A stretch of DNA of 32,000 nt from Thorsellia kenyensis (GCF_042432445.1 NZ_JBHLXE010000090.1:7955-39954); one strand, 5' to 3'; shown: positions 20,347 to 30,632, counted from the first letter of the stretch. Notes: generated by a model not told the origin, from the sequence alone. Numbers and translations are program-made.

Positions 20347-21474
20347 ATGACTACTTTAGTTCATATTTTAGGCTCTCCGATATCCCACCATACAGCAACT
20401 GTTTTGGCTTTTTTTCAAAGGTACCATGAAAAATATTTACAAGATCACGATGCGATAGAGTTTCTAGTGGCTTATGATCCTTTAGAATCGATAGATCTTG
20501 ATGCAATTGCTTTAAAACACCTTAATCTTAAAATTCATTTTTATCCAGGTAAAAAAGCCCTTGCAGCAGCATTTAGGCAACATTATTTAGCTTACCCTAC
20601 TGTAGAATATTTTTTGCATGGGCAATTTAATCCTACCATTTGGTTGGATATCTTGTTAGGAAAAATAGATCCCAAACGCTTAAAATGGCACGTTTGGGGA
20701 GCAGATCTTTATGAAGAGGAAAAATCTCTTAAATATAAACTTTTTTATATCATGCGCAGGCTTGCTCAGGCTAAAATAGGTCAAATCTATTCAACCAAAG
20801 GGGATGCTAGAATTTTAAAATCAAGAATATCTAACCCTAAAACAAGTACTTTATATTTTCCAACTAAAATGAATCTTTCTTTGACTCCAACTGAGAGCCA
20901 AAAACAACAAAGATTGGATAGACTAAAAGAGAAATATGTCCAGGATCGTAAAACAGTCCTTTTAGGTAACTCTGGGGATAAGACAAATAATCATATACTG
21001 GGTTTAACAAAACTATATAAAACGTTTGGCTCTGAAGTGAAGGTGATTATTCCAATGGGATACCCTCTCAATAATAAAGACTATATTAATAAAGTAAAAC
21101 AGCATGCTGCGTCACTATTTTCTGACGAGAATGTACATATATTAGAGGAAAAAATTGAGTTTTCTGCCTATTTAGAATGCTTAGAATCTTGCGATTTGGC
21201 TTATTTTTTATTTGAACGGCAACAAGGAATAGGTACAATTTCGTTGTGTATCCAACTAGCAGTCCCTTTTGTTTTGCATCCATTAAACGCATTTATTGAT
21301 GATCTCAAGGAAGAGAACATTCCATATCTAACTATCAAAGATAACATGAGCTATGAGCAAATATGTGACACTCAAACTAAGTTGAATCAACTGAAGTTGA
21401 ATAAGATCAGCTTTTTTGAACCGAATTATTTGGGCGGATGGCACCAAGCACTCGGGTTACTTAAGGAGGATTAA
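20347..21474 (+). CDS. wecF: TDP-N-acetylfucosamine:lipid II N-acetylfucosaminyltransferase (ECA biosynthesis)
   Basis: From ATG 20347 ([23 protein letters not shown]) it aligns with E. coli WecF ([23 protein letters not shown]...). Shared blocks are HGQFNPT.WL, W..WGADLYE, KYKLFY..RRLAQ, LGNSGD..N.HI, PMGYP.NN, and RQQGIGT. Confidence 0.85.
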   Translation: MTTLVHILGSPISHHTATVLAFFQRYHEKYLQDHDAIEFLVAYDPLESIDLDAIALKHLNLKIHFYPGKKALAAAFRQHYLAYPTVEYFLHGQFNPTIWLDILLGKIDPKRLKWHVWGADLYEEEKSLKYKLFYIMRRLAQAKIGQIYSTKGDARILKSRISNPKTSTLYFPTKMNLSLTPTESQKQQRLDRLKEKYVQDRKTVLLGNSGDKTNNHILGLTKLYKTFGSEVKVIIPMGYPLNNKDYINKVKQHAASLFSDENVHILEEKIEFSAYLECLESCDLAYFLFERQQGIGTISLCIQLAVPFVLHPLNAFIDDLKEENIPYLTIKDNMSYEQICDTQTKLNQLKLNKISFFEPNYLGGWHQALGLLKED

Positions 21475-21475
21475 C

Positions 21476-22810
21476 GTGACTTTGGTTGAATTCAGTTTAT
21501 TGCTGATTATCTATTTACTGTCGGTGGGATTTGTCGGCGGAATGACGATTATTGCCTATCGTAGGGATAAATTTAATTTTCATATTTTATTTTCGCTACT
21601 CTTTTTGCTCACATTTTATTTTGGTTTTCCATTTACATCTATATTAGTCTTTAATTACCAAGTTCAAGTTGAATCTATCAGCTCACTTTGTTTCACACTA
21701 TTAAGTGCAACTGCATTTTACGGTCTGTATTCATTGATTTATCATGTTAGACTTATTCCTCAAACGGGTAATTTTTCCTCTAAATCGCATCAATGGCTCT
21801 CATTTACGAAAATTGAAGCCTACTTAACCATCACATTTTTACTCCTAATCGCACTTGGTACCTTAGGTGTTTTTTATGTACAAAACGGATTATTACTCTT
21901 TAAACTTTCAGGCTATAGTGATATTTTTTCCAATGATGTTTCAGGGGTTGCTTTAAAAAGATTTTTTTATTTTTTTATTCCTGCTGTACTTATTTTTTAT
22001 TTTTTAAAGCCAACACAAATCCGGTGGTTAGCTTTTTTGGCTATTTGCAGTTGCTTCGGTTTTTTTACTTATGTTGTAGTAGGAGGAACCCGAGCAAATA
22101 TTTTGATTGCTTTTGCTCTTTTTTTATTTATTGGGATCACAAGGCAGTGGGTTAAACTTTGGATGCTAGGCCTAGCAGGCTCTTTTGGGATTGTAGGGAT
22201 GTTCCTACTTGCCATCAGACGATATGGGATTGAATTTAACGATCCCGAGGCATTTTATCATTTTCTTTACTTAACACGAGACACGTTTTCTCCATGGCAA
22301 AGTGTGGCTAATATATTTGATCATTATGATGCAATTGACTATCAAGGGTTAATGCCCATATTAAGGGATTTTTATGTTTTTATTCCCAGTAGCATTTGGC
22401 CAGAGAGACCCGATGCCATCGTTAATACTGCTAACTATTTTACCTGGGAAATTTTAAATGTATTCTCTGGTCTGGCGTATTCCCCCACTATGTTAGGATC
22501 CATTCTTATTATGGGTGGGGTTGGTCTTATACCTGTTGGCGCTTTTTTTGTGGCATTAATTATCAAATGGTTTGATGGGCTATACAAAGCAAGCTTGGTT
22601 GAAAGTAATATTTATACTCAAGCCATATTAAAAGCATTTTGTTTTGGTGCAATTTTTAATATGATAGTCCTTGTAAGAGAAGGACTAGATGCATTTTTCT
22701 CAAGATTGATATTTTTTGTACTAATTTATTGTTTATGTGTTATTTTAGCTAAAGTGACTTATTTAATCTTAGTATCTGGTCGCTATGTTTATACAAAAAT
22801 AAAACAGTAA
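21476..22810 (+). CDS. wzyE: ECA polysaccharide polymerase
   Basis: GTG 21476 is preceded by AAGGAGGA, 1 nt after the wecF stop. It is a polytopic membrane protein matching E. coli WzyE (FNF...[78 protein letters not shown]). Confidence 0.85.
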   Translation: MTLVEFSLLLIIYLLSVGFVGGMTIIAYRRDKFNFHILFSLLFLLTFYFGFPFTSILVFNYQVQVESISSLCFTLLSATAFYGLYSLIYHVRLIPQTGNFSSKSHQWLSFTKIEAYLTITFLLLIALGTLGVFYVQNGLLLFKLSGYSDIFSNDVSGVALKRFFYFFIPAVLIFYFLKPTQIRWLAFLAICSCFGFFTYVVVGGTRANILIAFALFLFIGITRQWVKLWMLGLAGSFGIVGMFLLAIRRYGIEFNDPEAFYHFLYLTRDTFSPWQSVANIFDHYDAIDYQGLMPILRDFYVFIPSSIWPERPDAIVNTANYFTWEILNVFSGLAYSPTMLGSILIMGGVGLIPVGAFFVALIIKWFDGLYKASLVESNIYTQAILKAFCFGAIFNMIVLVREGLDAFFSRLIFFVLIYCLCVILAKVTYLILVSGRYVYTKIKQ

Positions 22811-22852
22811 GAAAATAATTTTTAATCATTGTTATTCAATAAGGGGTCACAA

Positions 22853-23584
22853 TTGAATAAGACTGCCACCTATGATATTAGAGGCTTTGCTATTTCTGGT
22901 TTTAAAAATGAATCGCAATTTTTAGACTTTTTATTTGCCAATAAAACGGTCAAAACAGGTGCTTTAGTTGCTATTAATGCCGAAAAAATTCTTACGGCAG
23001 AAACCAATGCACAATTAACAGAGTTGATTCAAAGCGCAGAGTTTAAATATGCTGATGGAATAAGCATAGTTAGAGGAATAAGAAAAAAATTTCCAGGTAC
23101 GGAAGTTTCACGCATTGCAGGGGCTGATTTATGGCTATCTTTGATGCAACGAGCAGCCAAAGAAAATACACCTGTTTTTTTAATAGGTGGTAAACCTGAA
23201 ACCTTACAAGCCACTGAAACCAAATTGATTGAATCGTTTGGTACACTGATAGTAGATAGGCAAGACGGTTATTTTACTCAAGAAGATGAAGAAGCTCTAA
23301 TTAACCGTATTAAAGCGAGTGGTGCAAAAATAGTTACTGTCGCTATGGGTTCTCCTAAACAAGAACTCTTTATTAAAGCATGCAAAGAAATTTACCCTAA
23401 TGCTCTTTATATGGGTGTTGGTGGGACGTATGATGTTTTTACAGGACGCGTAAAAAGAGCCCCTTTAATATGGCAAAAATGGGGTTTAGAGTGGTTGTAT
23501 CGCTTGATTCGCCAACCTAGCAGACTCTCTAGGCAATTAAAATTATTCAAATTTGTCTATTATTACTATTTTAACAAACTTTAA
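22853..23584 (+). CDS. wecG: UDP-N-acetyl-D-mannosaminuronic acid transferase (WecG/TagA/CpsF family, ECA biosynthesis)
   Basis: Strong match to E. coli WecG ([96 protein letters not shown]). There is no ATG. TTG 22853 follows AAGGGG, and TTG 22829 is the alternative start. Confidence 0.85.
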   Translation: MNKTATYDIRGFAISGFKNESQFLDFLFANKTVKTGALVAINAEKILTAETNAQLTELIQSAEFKYADGISIVRGIRKKFPGTEVSRIAGADLWLSLMQRAAKENTPVFLIGGKPETLQATETKLIESFGTLIVDRQDGYFTQEDEEALINRIKASGAKIVTVAMGSPKQELFIKACKEIYPNALYMGVGGTYDVFTGRVKRAPLIWQKWGLEWLYRLIRQPSRLSRQLKLFKFVYYYYFNKL

Positions 23585-23603
23585 ATGAGGGCATTGCCCA
23601 TCA

Positions 23604-24224
23604 GTGTTAATGGATAAGATGAAGAACAATCGAGATAAAGCACTGTATAAAATCCAAGATAAAGAGATCTGTCCTGCCTGTGGTGCAGATCTTTTAATTA
23701 AATCCAGCCGTCACGGCCCTTTTTTAGGCTGTGCAAACTATCCTCAGTGTGATTACATTCAGCCTTTGAAAGAAAGAAAAGAGAGTCTTGTATTAAAGGC
23801 GTTACCAGATAACCTATGCGATGTATGCCAAGAACATCTTGTAGTACGCCAAGGTAAATTTGGTTTATTTATTTGTTGTGTTAATTATCCTGATTGCGAC
23901 TATATTGCACCTAATGTTGACGATGGGGTTAATGTAACTTCAAATAAATGTAATGAGGATGTTGCCTGCCCAAAATGTAGGATTGGTCAATTGATGGCAA
24001 GACAATCTAGATATGGCAAGACTTTTTTTGGATGTTCTTCCTACCCTAAATGTAAATTTTTGGTTAATTATCCGCCTGTAAAATATCAGTGTCCTCTATG
24101 TAATTTCCCTATTTTAGTCGAGAAAAAGCGAGTGAAAGGCCTTGTTTATGCATGTGCTAACAAACGCTGTGACTTTGAAATTGATTCTATAAAAGAATCT
24201 GAAAACAAACTGTCTTCAGATTAA
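23604..24224 (+). CDS. yrdD: YrdD-like topoisomerase-type zinc-ribbon protein
   Basis: Four tandem C4 zinc-ribbon units of the topoisomerase I C-terminal type (CPACG..GCANYPQCDY; CDVC..CCVNYPDCDY; CPKC..GCSSYPKCKF; CPLC..CANKRCDF). It lies upstream of tsaC, as yrdD does in E. coli. The start is ambiguous (GTG 23604, ATG 23610 or ATG 23619). Confidence 0.7.
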   Translation: MLMDKMKNNRDKALYKIQDKEICPACGADLLIKSSRHGPFLGCANYPQCDYIQPLKERKESLVLKALPDNLCDVCQEHLVVRQGKFGLFICCVNYPDCDYIAPNVDDGVNVTSNKCNEDVACPKCRIGQLMARQSRYGKTFFGCSSYPKCKFLVNYPPVKYQCPLCNFPILVEKKRVKGLVYACANKRCDFEIDSIKESENKLSSD

Positions 24225-24275
24225 TTACTGAATACTACATTCCATTTTTACCTCTGTATAAGGGACTTAAATCTT

Positions 24276-24845
24276 ATGATCACGCATATGCAACTTCACT
24301 CTGTTGACGCACTTATTCAGCGATTAAACGAGGGTGAGCTCATCGCTTATCCAACAGAAGCCGTATTTGGCTTAGGGTGCGATCCTGATAATGAACAAGC
24401 TGTTTTACATCTGTGCGCTTTAAAACAGAGACCTATTGAAAAAGGATTGATTTTGGTTGCAAGTCACTTCGAATTATTAACCCCTTATGTGGATATTTCT
24501 TTACTTACCCAACAACAATTAGAAAAAATACACGCTTCCTGGCCGGGACCTGTAACTTGGGTAATGCCAACAAAAAAAGATATTCCATATTATCTTAAAG
24601 GACAATTTGATACCTTGGCGGTAAGGGTATCTGCACACCCTATAGTGAGGGCGTTGAGTTTAGCATTTAACAGGCCCTTAGTCTCGACCAGTGCAAATGT
24701 CACAAGCCAACCGCCAGCAAAAACAGCAGAAGAAGTATTTATTCAATTTGCAGATAAGGTATTTATTTCTGAAGGTAAAATAGGGGATTTGGATAAGCCT
24801 ACGTTGATAAAAGAGGCCTTAACAGGCAAAGTGCTGAGATATTAA
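24276..24845 (+). CDS. tsaC: L-threonylcarbamoyladenylate synthase type 1 (t6A tRNA modification)
   Basis: Matches E. coli TsaC/YrdC (IAYPTEAVFG.GCDPD.E.AV, LK.RP..KGLIL.A, WPGPVT.V.P, FD.LAVRV..HP.V.AL...F..PLVSTSAN). Confidence 0.88.
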   Translation: MITHMQLHSVDALIQRLNEGELIAYPTEAVFGLGCDPDNEQAVLHLCALKQRPIEKGLILVASHFELLTPYVDISLLTQQQLEKIHASWPGPVTWVMPTKKDIPYYLKGQFDTLAVRVSAHPIVRALSLAFNRPLVSTSANVTSQPPAKTAEEVFIQFADKVFISEGKIGDLDKPTLIKEALTGKVLRY

Positions 24846-24919
24846 TGTCATAGTGCTCAAGATATTGTCTGGCATATACCTATCAAAGCTTATAATTTTA
24901 GAATGGTCTTTTTTTTCAC

Positions 24920-24951
24920 TAATGCCTAATCCCACATTGAATTAGGCATTA
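24920..24951. terminator. Hairpin between the convergent tsaC and AbgT genes (possible bidirectional terminator)
   Basis: 11-bp perfect stem TAATGCCTAAT / ATTAGGCATTA with a 10-nt loop. A T8 run lies just upstream and AT-rich sequence lies downstream. The flanks are not canonical for either strand. Confidence 0.4.
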
Positions 24952-24978
24952 TTAATATGACTTAGTGTGAATCAGTCC

Positions 24979-26538
24979 TTAGCCTTGAGGACTCCAATGA
25001 TATTGACTGCCTATCCCTAGTGGAATTTCAAATCCCCAAAAAATGAATAATGTTGCAGTAAGTACCAGCAATAAACCAATTGAATAAGGGATCATCATAG
25101 AGCAAAGCGTACCAACCCCTGTTCCTTGGAAATATTTTTGGCAATAAGAAATTAATAATGGATAGAAAGGAAACATTGGTGTCGCTACGTTAATTGCTGA
25201 GTCACTGATTCGAAAGCTTGCCTGAGTCAGTTCAGGAGAAATTCCTACCGCCATGAGCATAGGCACTAATACTGAGGCCATTACGGACCATTTAGCAGAG
25301 GCCGAAGTAATTAAAATATTCAGAATACCAGTTAAGATAATGACCCCAACAATTGTTACACCACTAGGTAAGTCCAAACTTCTAAGCATGTCAGCACCAG
25401 AAAATGCTAATAATGTGCCAATATTTGACACTTTGAACATATATAGAAATTGAGCGCAGAAAAAAGCAAACACAAAAAAAGAAATGAGTGTAGTAAGAAT
25501 ACTTTCCATAGATTTTACTATATCATTTGTATTTTTAAATTTCCCCGTTACATAACCAAAAACAATACCAGGAAGAGCAAAAAAAATAAAAATAATGGGT
25601 ACTATCATGCTCATAATCGGTGCTTGGTTACTCGTTAATGACCCTTCAAAGCGTAGAAGAGAGTCTTGTGGATAAGCCCATAGAGTTAAACCAATGCAAA
25701 GCCCTATAAAGCTAAGCATGGCATATCTAAATCCTTTAGCCTCTTGTTTAGACATATAGGTCATTTCTTCTGTAGATCCCTTATTTTCACCATAAGTAAT
25801 AGGAATATTTCTATTTAAACGTGGTTCAACCCACTTATCAGTCACAACCCAACAGACTCCGATGACACCTATTGTTCCCCCTAAACTGACAAAATAGTTA
25901 CTGAGTACATTGACGCTGTAATTAGGATCAATAATATTTGCAGCACTTTGTGTAAGACCTTGCATGATAGGATCGATAGTTGAAGGCATGAAACTCGCAG
26001 AAAAGCCACCAGCTAGACCGGCAAATGATGCTGCAATACCCGCAAGAGGGTGCCTGCCATAGTTATAATACATTAAAGCAGCTATTGGCATTAAAAATAC
26101 ATATGCAGAGTCTGATGCCACATGACTGACTACTGCCACAAAAGCAACTAACGGGGTCAGTGCTTTTTTGGGGGTAATACGAAGTAGTTTTTTAAGTAAA
26201 GCTTGTAAAAAGCCACTTCCTTCAGCAATACCAATGCCTAAAGTAGCGACGATGGTAATACCAAGAGGTGGAAAACCCATGAAATTACTGACCAGTTTAT
26301 TGATTAGATCGAGCATACCTTGTTCACTCAGCTGGTTAATCACTGCAATCGGTTCATTCGTCAAAGGATGAATATAACTGAATGAAATTTTTGACAAAAA
26401 ATAGGAAAGAAATAAACAGATCAGAAAGGCAAAAAAGATCAAAACGGTAATATTAGGTATTTTATTGCCGACGCGTTCAATGGTATCTAAAAAACTCCCC
26501 TTTTGCATAGTGGGTGGATTGGCATTATCGGTTGTCAT
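24979..26538 (-). CDS. AbgT-family transporter (p-aminobenzoyl-glutamate / MtrF-YdaH type)
   Basis: 519 aa polytopic membrane protein. The N-terminal region aligns with E. coli AbgT (..ERVGNK.P.., F.GF.PLG.....LG.G.AE..G...AL..K.., VSH.ASD.A.V...P..A.....GRHP.AG.AA.FAG..GGFSA). No abgA, abgB or abgR is adjacent. Confidence 0.85.
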   Translation of the reverse strand: MTTDNANPPTMQKGSFLDTIERVGNKIPNITVLIFFAFLICLFLSYFLSKISFSYIHPLTNEPIAVINQLSEQGMLDLINKLVSNFMGFPPLGITIVATLGIGIAEGSGFLQALLKKLLRITPKKALTPLVAFVAVVSHVASDSAYVFLMPIAALMYYNYGRHPLAGIAASFAGLAGGFSASFMPSTIDPIMQGLTQSAANIIDPNYSVNVLSNYFVSLGGTIGVIGVCWVVTDKWVEPRLNRNIPITYGENKGSTEEMTYMSKQEAKGFRYAMLSFIGLCIGLTLWAYPQDSLLRFEGSLTSNQAPIMSMIVPIIFIFFALPGIVFGYVTGKFKNTNDIVKSMESILTTLISFFVFAFFCAQFLYMFKVSNIGTLLAFSGADMLRSLDLPSGVTIVGVIILTGILNILITSASAKWSVMASVLVPMLMAVGISPELTQASFRISDSAINVATPMFPFYPLLISYCQKYFQGTGVGTLCSMMIPYSIGLLLVLTATLFIFWGFEIPLGIGSQYHWSPQG

Positions 26539-26952
26539 TATACACTCCTTTAATTGTTATAAGATTAAAAATGAGAACGGGAATTTGATGCGTTGCCATT
26601 TAGGTAATATGCGTGGTGCAGCTAAAAGAAATAAAGTCTATTATTGCAATACGTAAATTTGACGATCTCTTTCTCTTTTTGTCTGTTTTCTTGCAGATGT
26701 AGATATGCAAAATGAACTTCATATATGGAACATACTTTTGTTTAGGTTATGTCAAATTAATGCATCAAATGAGCCATTTCTTATAATAACAGAAATAAAT
26801 GGTACTGCTAGATTTCGTGTTAAATGAAATCTTACCAAGATGCATAATTAATTGTAATACTTACAATAATTTATTTGATGATGAAGGAAAAATTTATCAA
26901 AATAAAAAAAAATCAAGAGGCGAGTATTAAACCTACATCTTGGCAAATAATT

Positions 26953-26961
26953 TGCTACAAT
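26953..26961 (+). promoter_or_regulatory. Candidate ffh promoter, extended -10 (TGCTACAAT)
   Basis: TGnTACAAT motif about 55 nt upstream of the ffh ATG at 27016. This is motif evidence only. Confidence 0.3.
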
Positions 26962-27015
26962 ATCTATTATTAGCCTGTTATTTTAAGGTTCAATTTAATT
27001 AAAGAGATGAAATAT

Positions 27016-28377
27016 ATGTTTGCAAACTTATCTGAAAGATTATCTAAAACACTACGGAATATCAGTGGACGTGGTCGTTTAACAGAAGAAAATATCCAAG
27101 ATACATTACGCGAAGTGAGAATGGCCCTATTAGAAGCCGATGTCGCTTTACCGGTTGTCCGTGAATTTATAAAACAAGTCAAAGAGAGTGCTTTAGGCCA
27201 AGATGTAAATAAGAGCCTAACGCCTGGCCAAGAATTTGTAAAGATTGTTCAAAGACAATTAGAAATTGCGATGGGTGATGTCAATGAAAGTTTAAATCTT
27301 GCCGCTCAACCTCCTGCAGTTATTTTAATGGCTGGCTTGCAAGGAGCAGGAAAAACAACCAGTGTAGGTAAACTAGCAAAATTTTTAAAAGAGAAACATA
27401 AGAAAAAAGTACTTGTGGTCTCTGCGGATATTTATCGTCCTGCAGCCATTAAACAACTTGAAACTCTAGCAAATCAACTTGACGTCGCTTTTTTTGCATC
27501 GAACACAGAGCAGAAGCCTGTTGATATAGTGACAAACGCTTTGCAGCACGCTAAATTGCAATTTTTTGATGTGCTGATTGTCGATACTGCAGGTCGTCTC
27601 CATGTTGATAGCGACATGATGGATGAGATAAAAAAAGTCCATCAAGTGCTTAATCCGATAGAGACACTCTTTGTTGTTGATGCGATGACAGGACAGGACG
27701 CCGCTAATACTGCCAAAGCATTTAACGAGGCTTTACCATTAACTGGTGTAATATTGACCAAAGTTGATGGGGATGCTAGAGGGGGGGCTGCGCTTTCAAT
27801 AAGACATATCACGGGAAAACCGATAAAATTTTTAGGGGTGGGTGAAAAAACAGACGCATTAGAACCATTTTACCCAGAAAGATTAGCATCAAGAATCTTA
27901 GGTATGGGAGATGTACTTTCTCTTATTGAAGATCTTGAAAGTAAGGTAGATAAAGCCCAAGCTGAAAAAATGGCAAATAAGCTCAAAAAAGGGGAGTCTT
28001 TTGATTTAAATGATTTCTTAGAGCAACTTCAGCAAATGAAAAAAATGGGTGGGATGGCTAATTTAATGACGAAACTTCCAGGTATGGGAAACCTACCTCA
28101 AGGGGCTATGGATATGGTTGGAGATAAATCCATGGCAAAAATGGAAGCAATTATCAACTCTATGACGCTTAAAGAACGCTCTAAGCCAGAGATAATTAAA
28201 GGTTCTCGAAAAAAACGAATTGCGACTGGTTCAGGAACTCAAGTGCAAGATGTAAACCGTCTTCTAAAACAATTCGATGATATGCAAAGAATGATGAAGA
28301 AAATGAAAAAAGGCGGCCTTGCTAATATGATGAGAGGAATGAAAGGAATGATGCCCCCTGGTATGTTAGGCAGATGA
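27016..28377 (+). CDS. ffh: Signal recognition particle protein Ffh
   Basis: The ORF track starts at 27007 (MKYMFANL). E. coli Ffh begins MFDNLTDRLS, so ATG 27016 (MFANLSERLS) is the likely start. Identity is very high throughout (GLQGAGKTTS, DTAGRLH, TKVDGDARGG, Met-rich M domain). Confidence 0.97.
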   Translation: MFANLSERLSKTLRNISGRGRLTEENIQDTLREVRMALLEADVALPVVREFIKQVKESALGQDVNKSLTPGQEFVKIVQRQLEIAMGDVNESLNLAAQPPAVILMAGLQGAGKTTSVGKLAKFLKEKHKKKVLVVSADIYRPAAIKQLETLANQLDVAFFASNTEQKPVDIVTNALQHAKLQFFDVLIVDTAGRLHVDSDMMDEIKKVHQVLNPIETLFVVDAMTGQDAANTAKAFNEALPLTGVILTKVDGDARGGAALSIRHITGKPIKFLGVGEKTDALEPFYPERLASRILGMGDVLSLIEDLESKVDKAQAEKMANKLKKGESFDLNDFLEQLQQMKKMGGMANLMTKLPGMGNLPQGAMDMVGDKSMAKMEAIINSMTLKERSKPEIIKGSRKKRIATGSGTQVQDVNRLLKQFDDMQRMMKKMKKGGLANMMRGMKGMMPPGMLGR

Positions 28378-28456
28378 TTTATTTCTTTTCAACGGCTTTA
28401 TTCGGTTTGAGTCTTGCTTTTTAGCTTAAATTAAGTAGAATACCTAGTCTTATTTG

Positions 28457-28481
28457 AAATGGGCAAGAATGCTCATTTTTT
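28457..28481 (+). terminator. Rho-independent terminator-like hairpin in the ffh-rpsP spacer
   Basis: 9-bp stem AAATGGGCA / TGCTCATTT (one G-U pair), AGAA tetraloop, and a run of 6 T (28476-28481). Confidence 0.6.
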
Positions 28482-28610
28482 ATAAGCGGGGTTAAAATTT
28501 TAGTATTTAGTTTATTAAATCAATAGCTTAACCCAAAATTACTTTACCTTTAAGATAAATACCCTAATTTAATTTAGCTCTATTTATCCAATTTATATAA
28601 TGAGGATGTT

Positions 28611-28859
28611 ATGGTAACAATTCGTTTAGCTCGTGGCGGTTCTAAAAAACGCCCATTTTATCAAGTGGTTGTGACAGATAGTCGCAATTCTCGTGATGGT
28701 CGCTTCATTGAGCGTTTAGGTTTCTTCAATCCAGTAGCTTCTGGTCAAGCTGAAACTTTACGTTTAGATCTTGATCGTATCAACCACTGGATTGGTGTTG
28801 GTGCAACTGTATCAGATCGTGTAGGCCAACTTATCAAAGAAGCTAAAAAATCAGCGTAA
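28611..28859 (+). CDS. rpsP: 30S ribosomal protein S16
   Basis: [38 protein letters not shown] matches E. coli S16. Confidence 0.97.
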   Translation: MVTIRLARGGSKKRPFYQVVVTDSRNSRDGRFIERLGFFNPVASGQAETLRLDLDRINHWIGVGATVSDRVGQLIKEAKKSA

Positions 28860-28913
28860 GTTGCTTTAAGCTTGTTTGAATCAGCAATCTTTTAACATCA
28901 GTAATGAATATTT

Positions 28914-29459
28914 ATGCAATCTAAAGCTAAACATACGCTAAATCGTCCTATTGTTGTCGGTAAAATCGGAGCTCCTTATGGAGTCAAAGGATGGTTAAAG
29001 TTATTTCCTTCAACGGAAGATAAAGAAGCTATCTTTGATTATATGCCTTGGTATTTAAGATCTAAAGGCCAACTCAAATTAGCCGAAGTCGATGAATGGA
29101 AGTGGCATGGACAAGATTTGATTGTTAAATTAAAATCTATTGATGATAGAGATATTGCGCATTTATTGACTAATGCTGAAGTCGTGATAGAAGAAACTGA
29201 TTTACCTCTCTTAGATGACGGGGAATATTATTGGAAAGACCTCATTAATTGTCGTGTTTCTACTGAAGCAGGCTATGATATGGGTGTTGTAACCGAATTG
29301 ATGGAAACTGGATCTAATGATGTATTAGTGGTCAGGGCAAATTTGAATGATGCATTTGGTGCAAAAGAGAGACTAATTCCCTATCTTGATGAAACGGTGA
29401 TTAAATCTGTTGATATTGTAGCAAAAAACATTATTGTTGATTGGGATCCTAGTTTTTAA
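28914..29459 (+). CDS. rimM: Ribosome maturation factor RimM
   Basis: Matches E. coli RimM (G.YG..GWL..F.STED.E.IFDY.PW, LLTN.E.V, YYWKDL..C.V.T..GYD.G.V...[29 protein letters not shown]). Confidence 0.93.
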   Translation: MQSKAKHTLNRPIVVGKIGAPYGVKGWLKLFPSTEDKEAIFDYMPWYLRSKGQLKLAEVDEWKWHGQDLIVKLKSIDDRDIAHLLTNAEVVIEETDLPLLDDGEYYWKDLINCRVSTEAGYDMGVVTELMETGSNDVLVVRANLNDAFGAKERLIPYLDETVIKSVDIVAKNIIVDWDPSF

Positions 29460-30196
29460 TGCACATTGGTGTAATTAGTCTTTTTCCTGAAATGTTTCAA
29501 GCGATTACCGATTATGGCGTGATTGGTCGAGCAGTAAAAGAAAAGCGTTTAAAGGTAGATTTTTTTAATCCTAGAGACTTTACACACGATAGACATCAAA
29601 CTGTTGATGATCGTCCATATGGCGGTGGTCCAGGGATGTTAATGATGGTGCAACCTTTAAGTGACGCAATTTTGAGTGCCAAATCTCACCTAGGTGAAGA
29701 AACGAAAGTGATTTATTTATCACCTCAAGGCCAAAAGTTGACACAAACAGGTGTATCTACATTAAGCCAACATTCGACTCTTATTTTAATTTGTGGTCGT
29801 TACGAGGGCATTGATGAGCGTGTGATTGAAACTTTAGTTGATGAAGAGTGGTCTGTCGGCGATTATGTGCTGAGTGGTGGAGAATTACCTGCCATGGTAC
29901 TGATTGACGCTGTAGTGCGCTTATTACCAGGTGTTTTAGGTCATGCAGAGTCCGCGGTAGAAGATTCTTTCGTTAATGGATTATTAGATCATCCTCATTA
30001 CACGCGACCTGAATTATTAAACGGTTTGCAGGTACCAAAAGTTTTACTTTCTGGTAATCATGCAGAAATTCGTCGGTGGCGATTAAAGCAATCCCTCGGA
30101 CGTACTTGGCAAAGAAGACCCGATCTTCTTAATCATCTAGCTCTGACTGATGAGCATAAAAAATTGTTGACGGAATATCAACAAGAACAAAATTAA
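29459..30196 (+). CDS. trmD: tRNA (guanine37-N1)-methyltransferase
   Basis: The ATG overlaps the rimM stop (TAATG). [54 protein letters not shown] and HP.YTRPE match TrmD. Confidence 0.96.
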   Translation: MHIGVISLFPEMFQAITDYGVIGRAVKEKRLKVDFFNPRDFTHDRHQTVDDRPYGGGPGMLMMVQPLSDAILSAKSHLGEETKVIYLSPQGQKLTQTGVSTLSQHSTLILICGRYEGIDERVIETLVDEEWSVGDYVLSGGELPAMVLIDAVVRLLPGVLGHAESAVEDSFVNGLLDHPHYTRPELLNGLQVPKVLLSGNHAEIRRWRLKQSLGRTWQRRPDLLNHLALTDEHKKLLTEYQQEQN

Positions 30197-30234
30197 TTCT
30201 TATTTTGTTTTTCATTCAGTTTATCTAGCAATAG

Positions 30235-30609
<375 letters not shown>

Positions 30610-30632
30610 TATTTGATATAATCAAATTTTAA

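Noticed and set aside
26539-26800. Possible riboswitch or sRNA in the long region upstream of the AbgT transporter.
   Set aside because: I found no convincing conserved helices or known riboswitch cores by eye. The ORF at 26465-26656 is a shadow ORF. This needs a covariance-model scan and is not claimed.
753-27182. About 25 short ORFs of 60-117 aa antisense to or overlapping the called genes (e.g. 753-1001, 820-1050, 4123-4338, 8790-9071, 9474-9766, 13805-14062, 17248-17541, 18093-18446, 19212-19964, 20100-20321, 21086-21292, 23029-23223, 25253-25638, 26168-26371, 26465-26656, 26970-27182).
   Set aside because: - Each lies inside, opposite to, or overlapping the end of a strongly supported conserved gene.
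- Their composition is odd or low-complexity, and none has a recognisable motif or convincing ribosome-binding site.
- They are typical shadow ORFs. For example, the antisense strand of the hexapeptide-repeat genes lpxD and lpxA naturally stays open.
28585-28603. Perfect TATAAT at about 28593-28598, immediately upstream of the rpsP Shine-Dalgarno sequence.
   Set aside because: Transcription from it would start within or after the GAGGA ribosome-binding site and give an essentially leaderless S16 mRNA. It is more likely an AT-rich coincidence.
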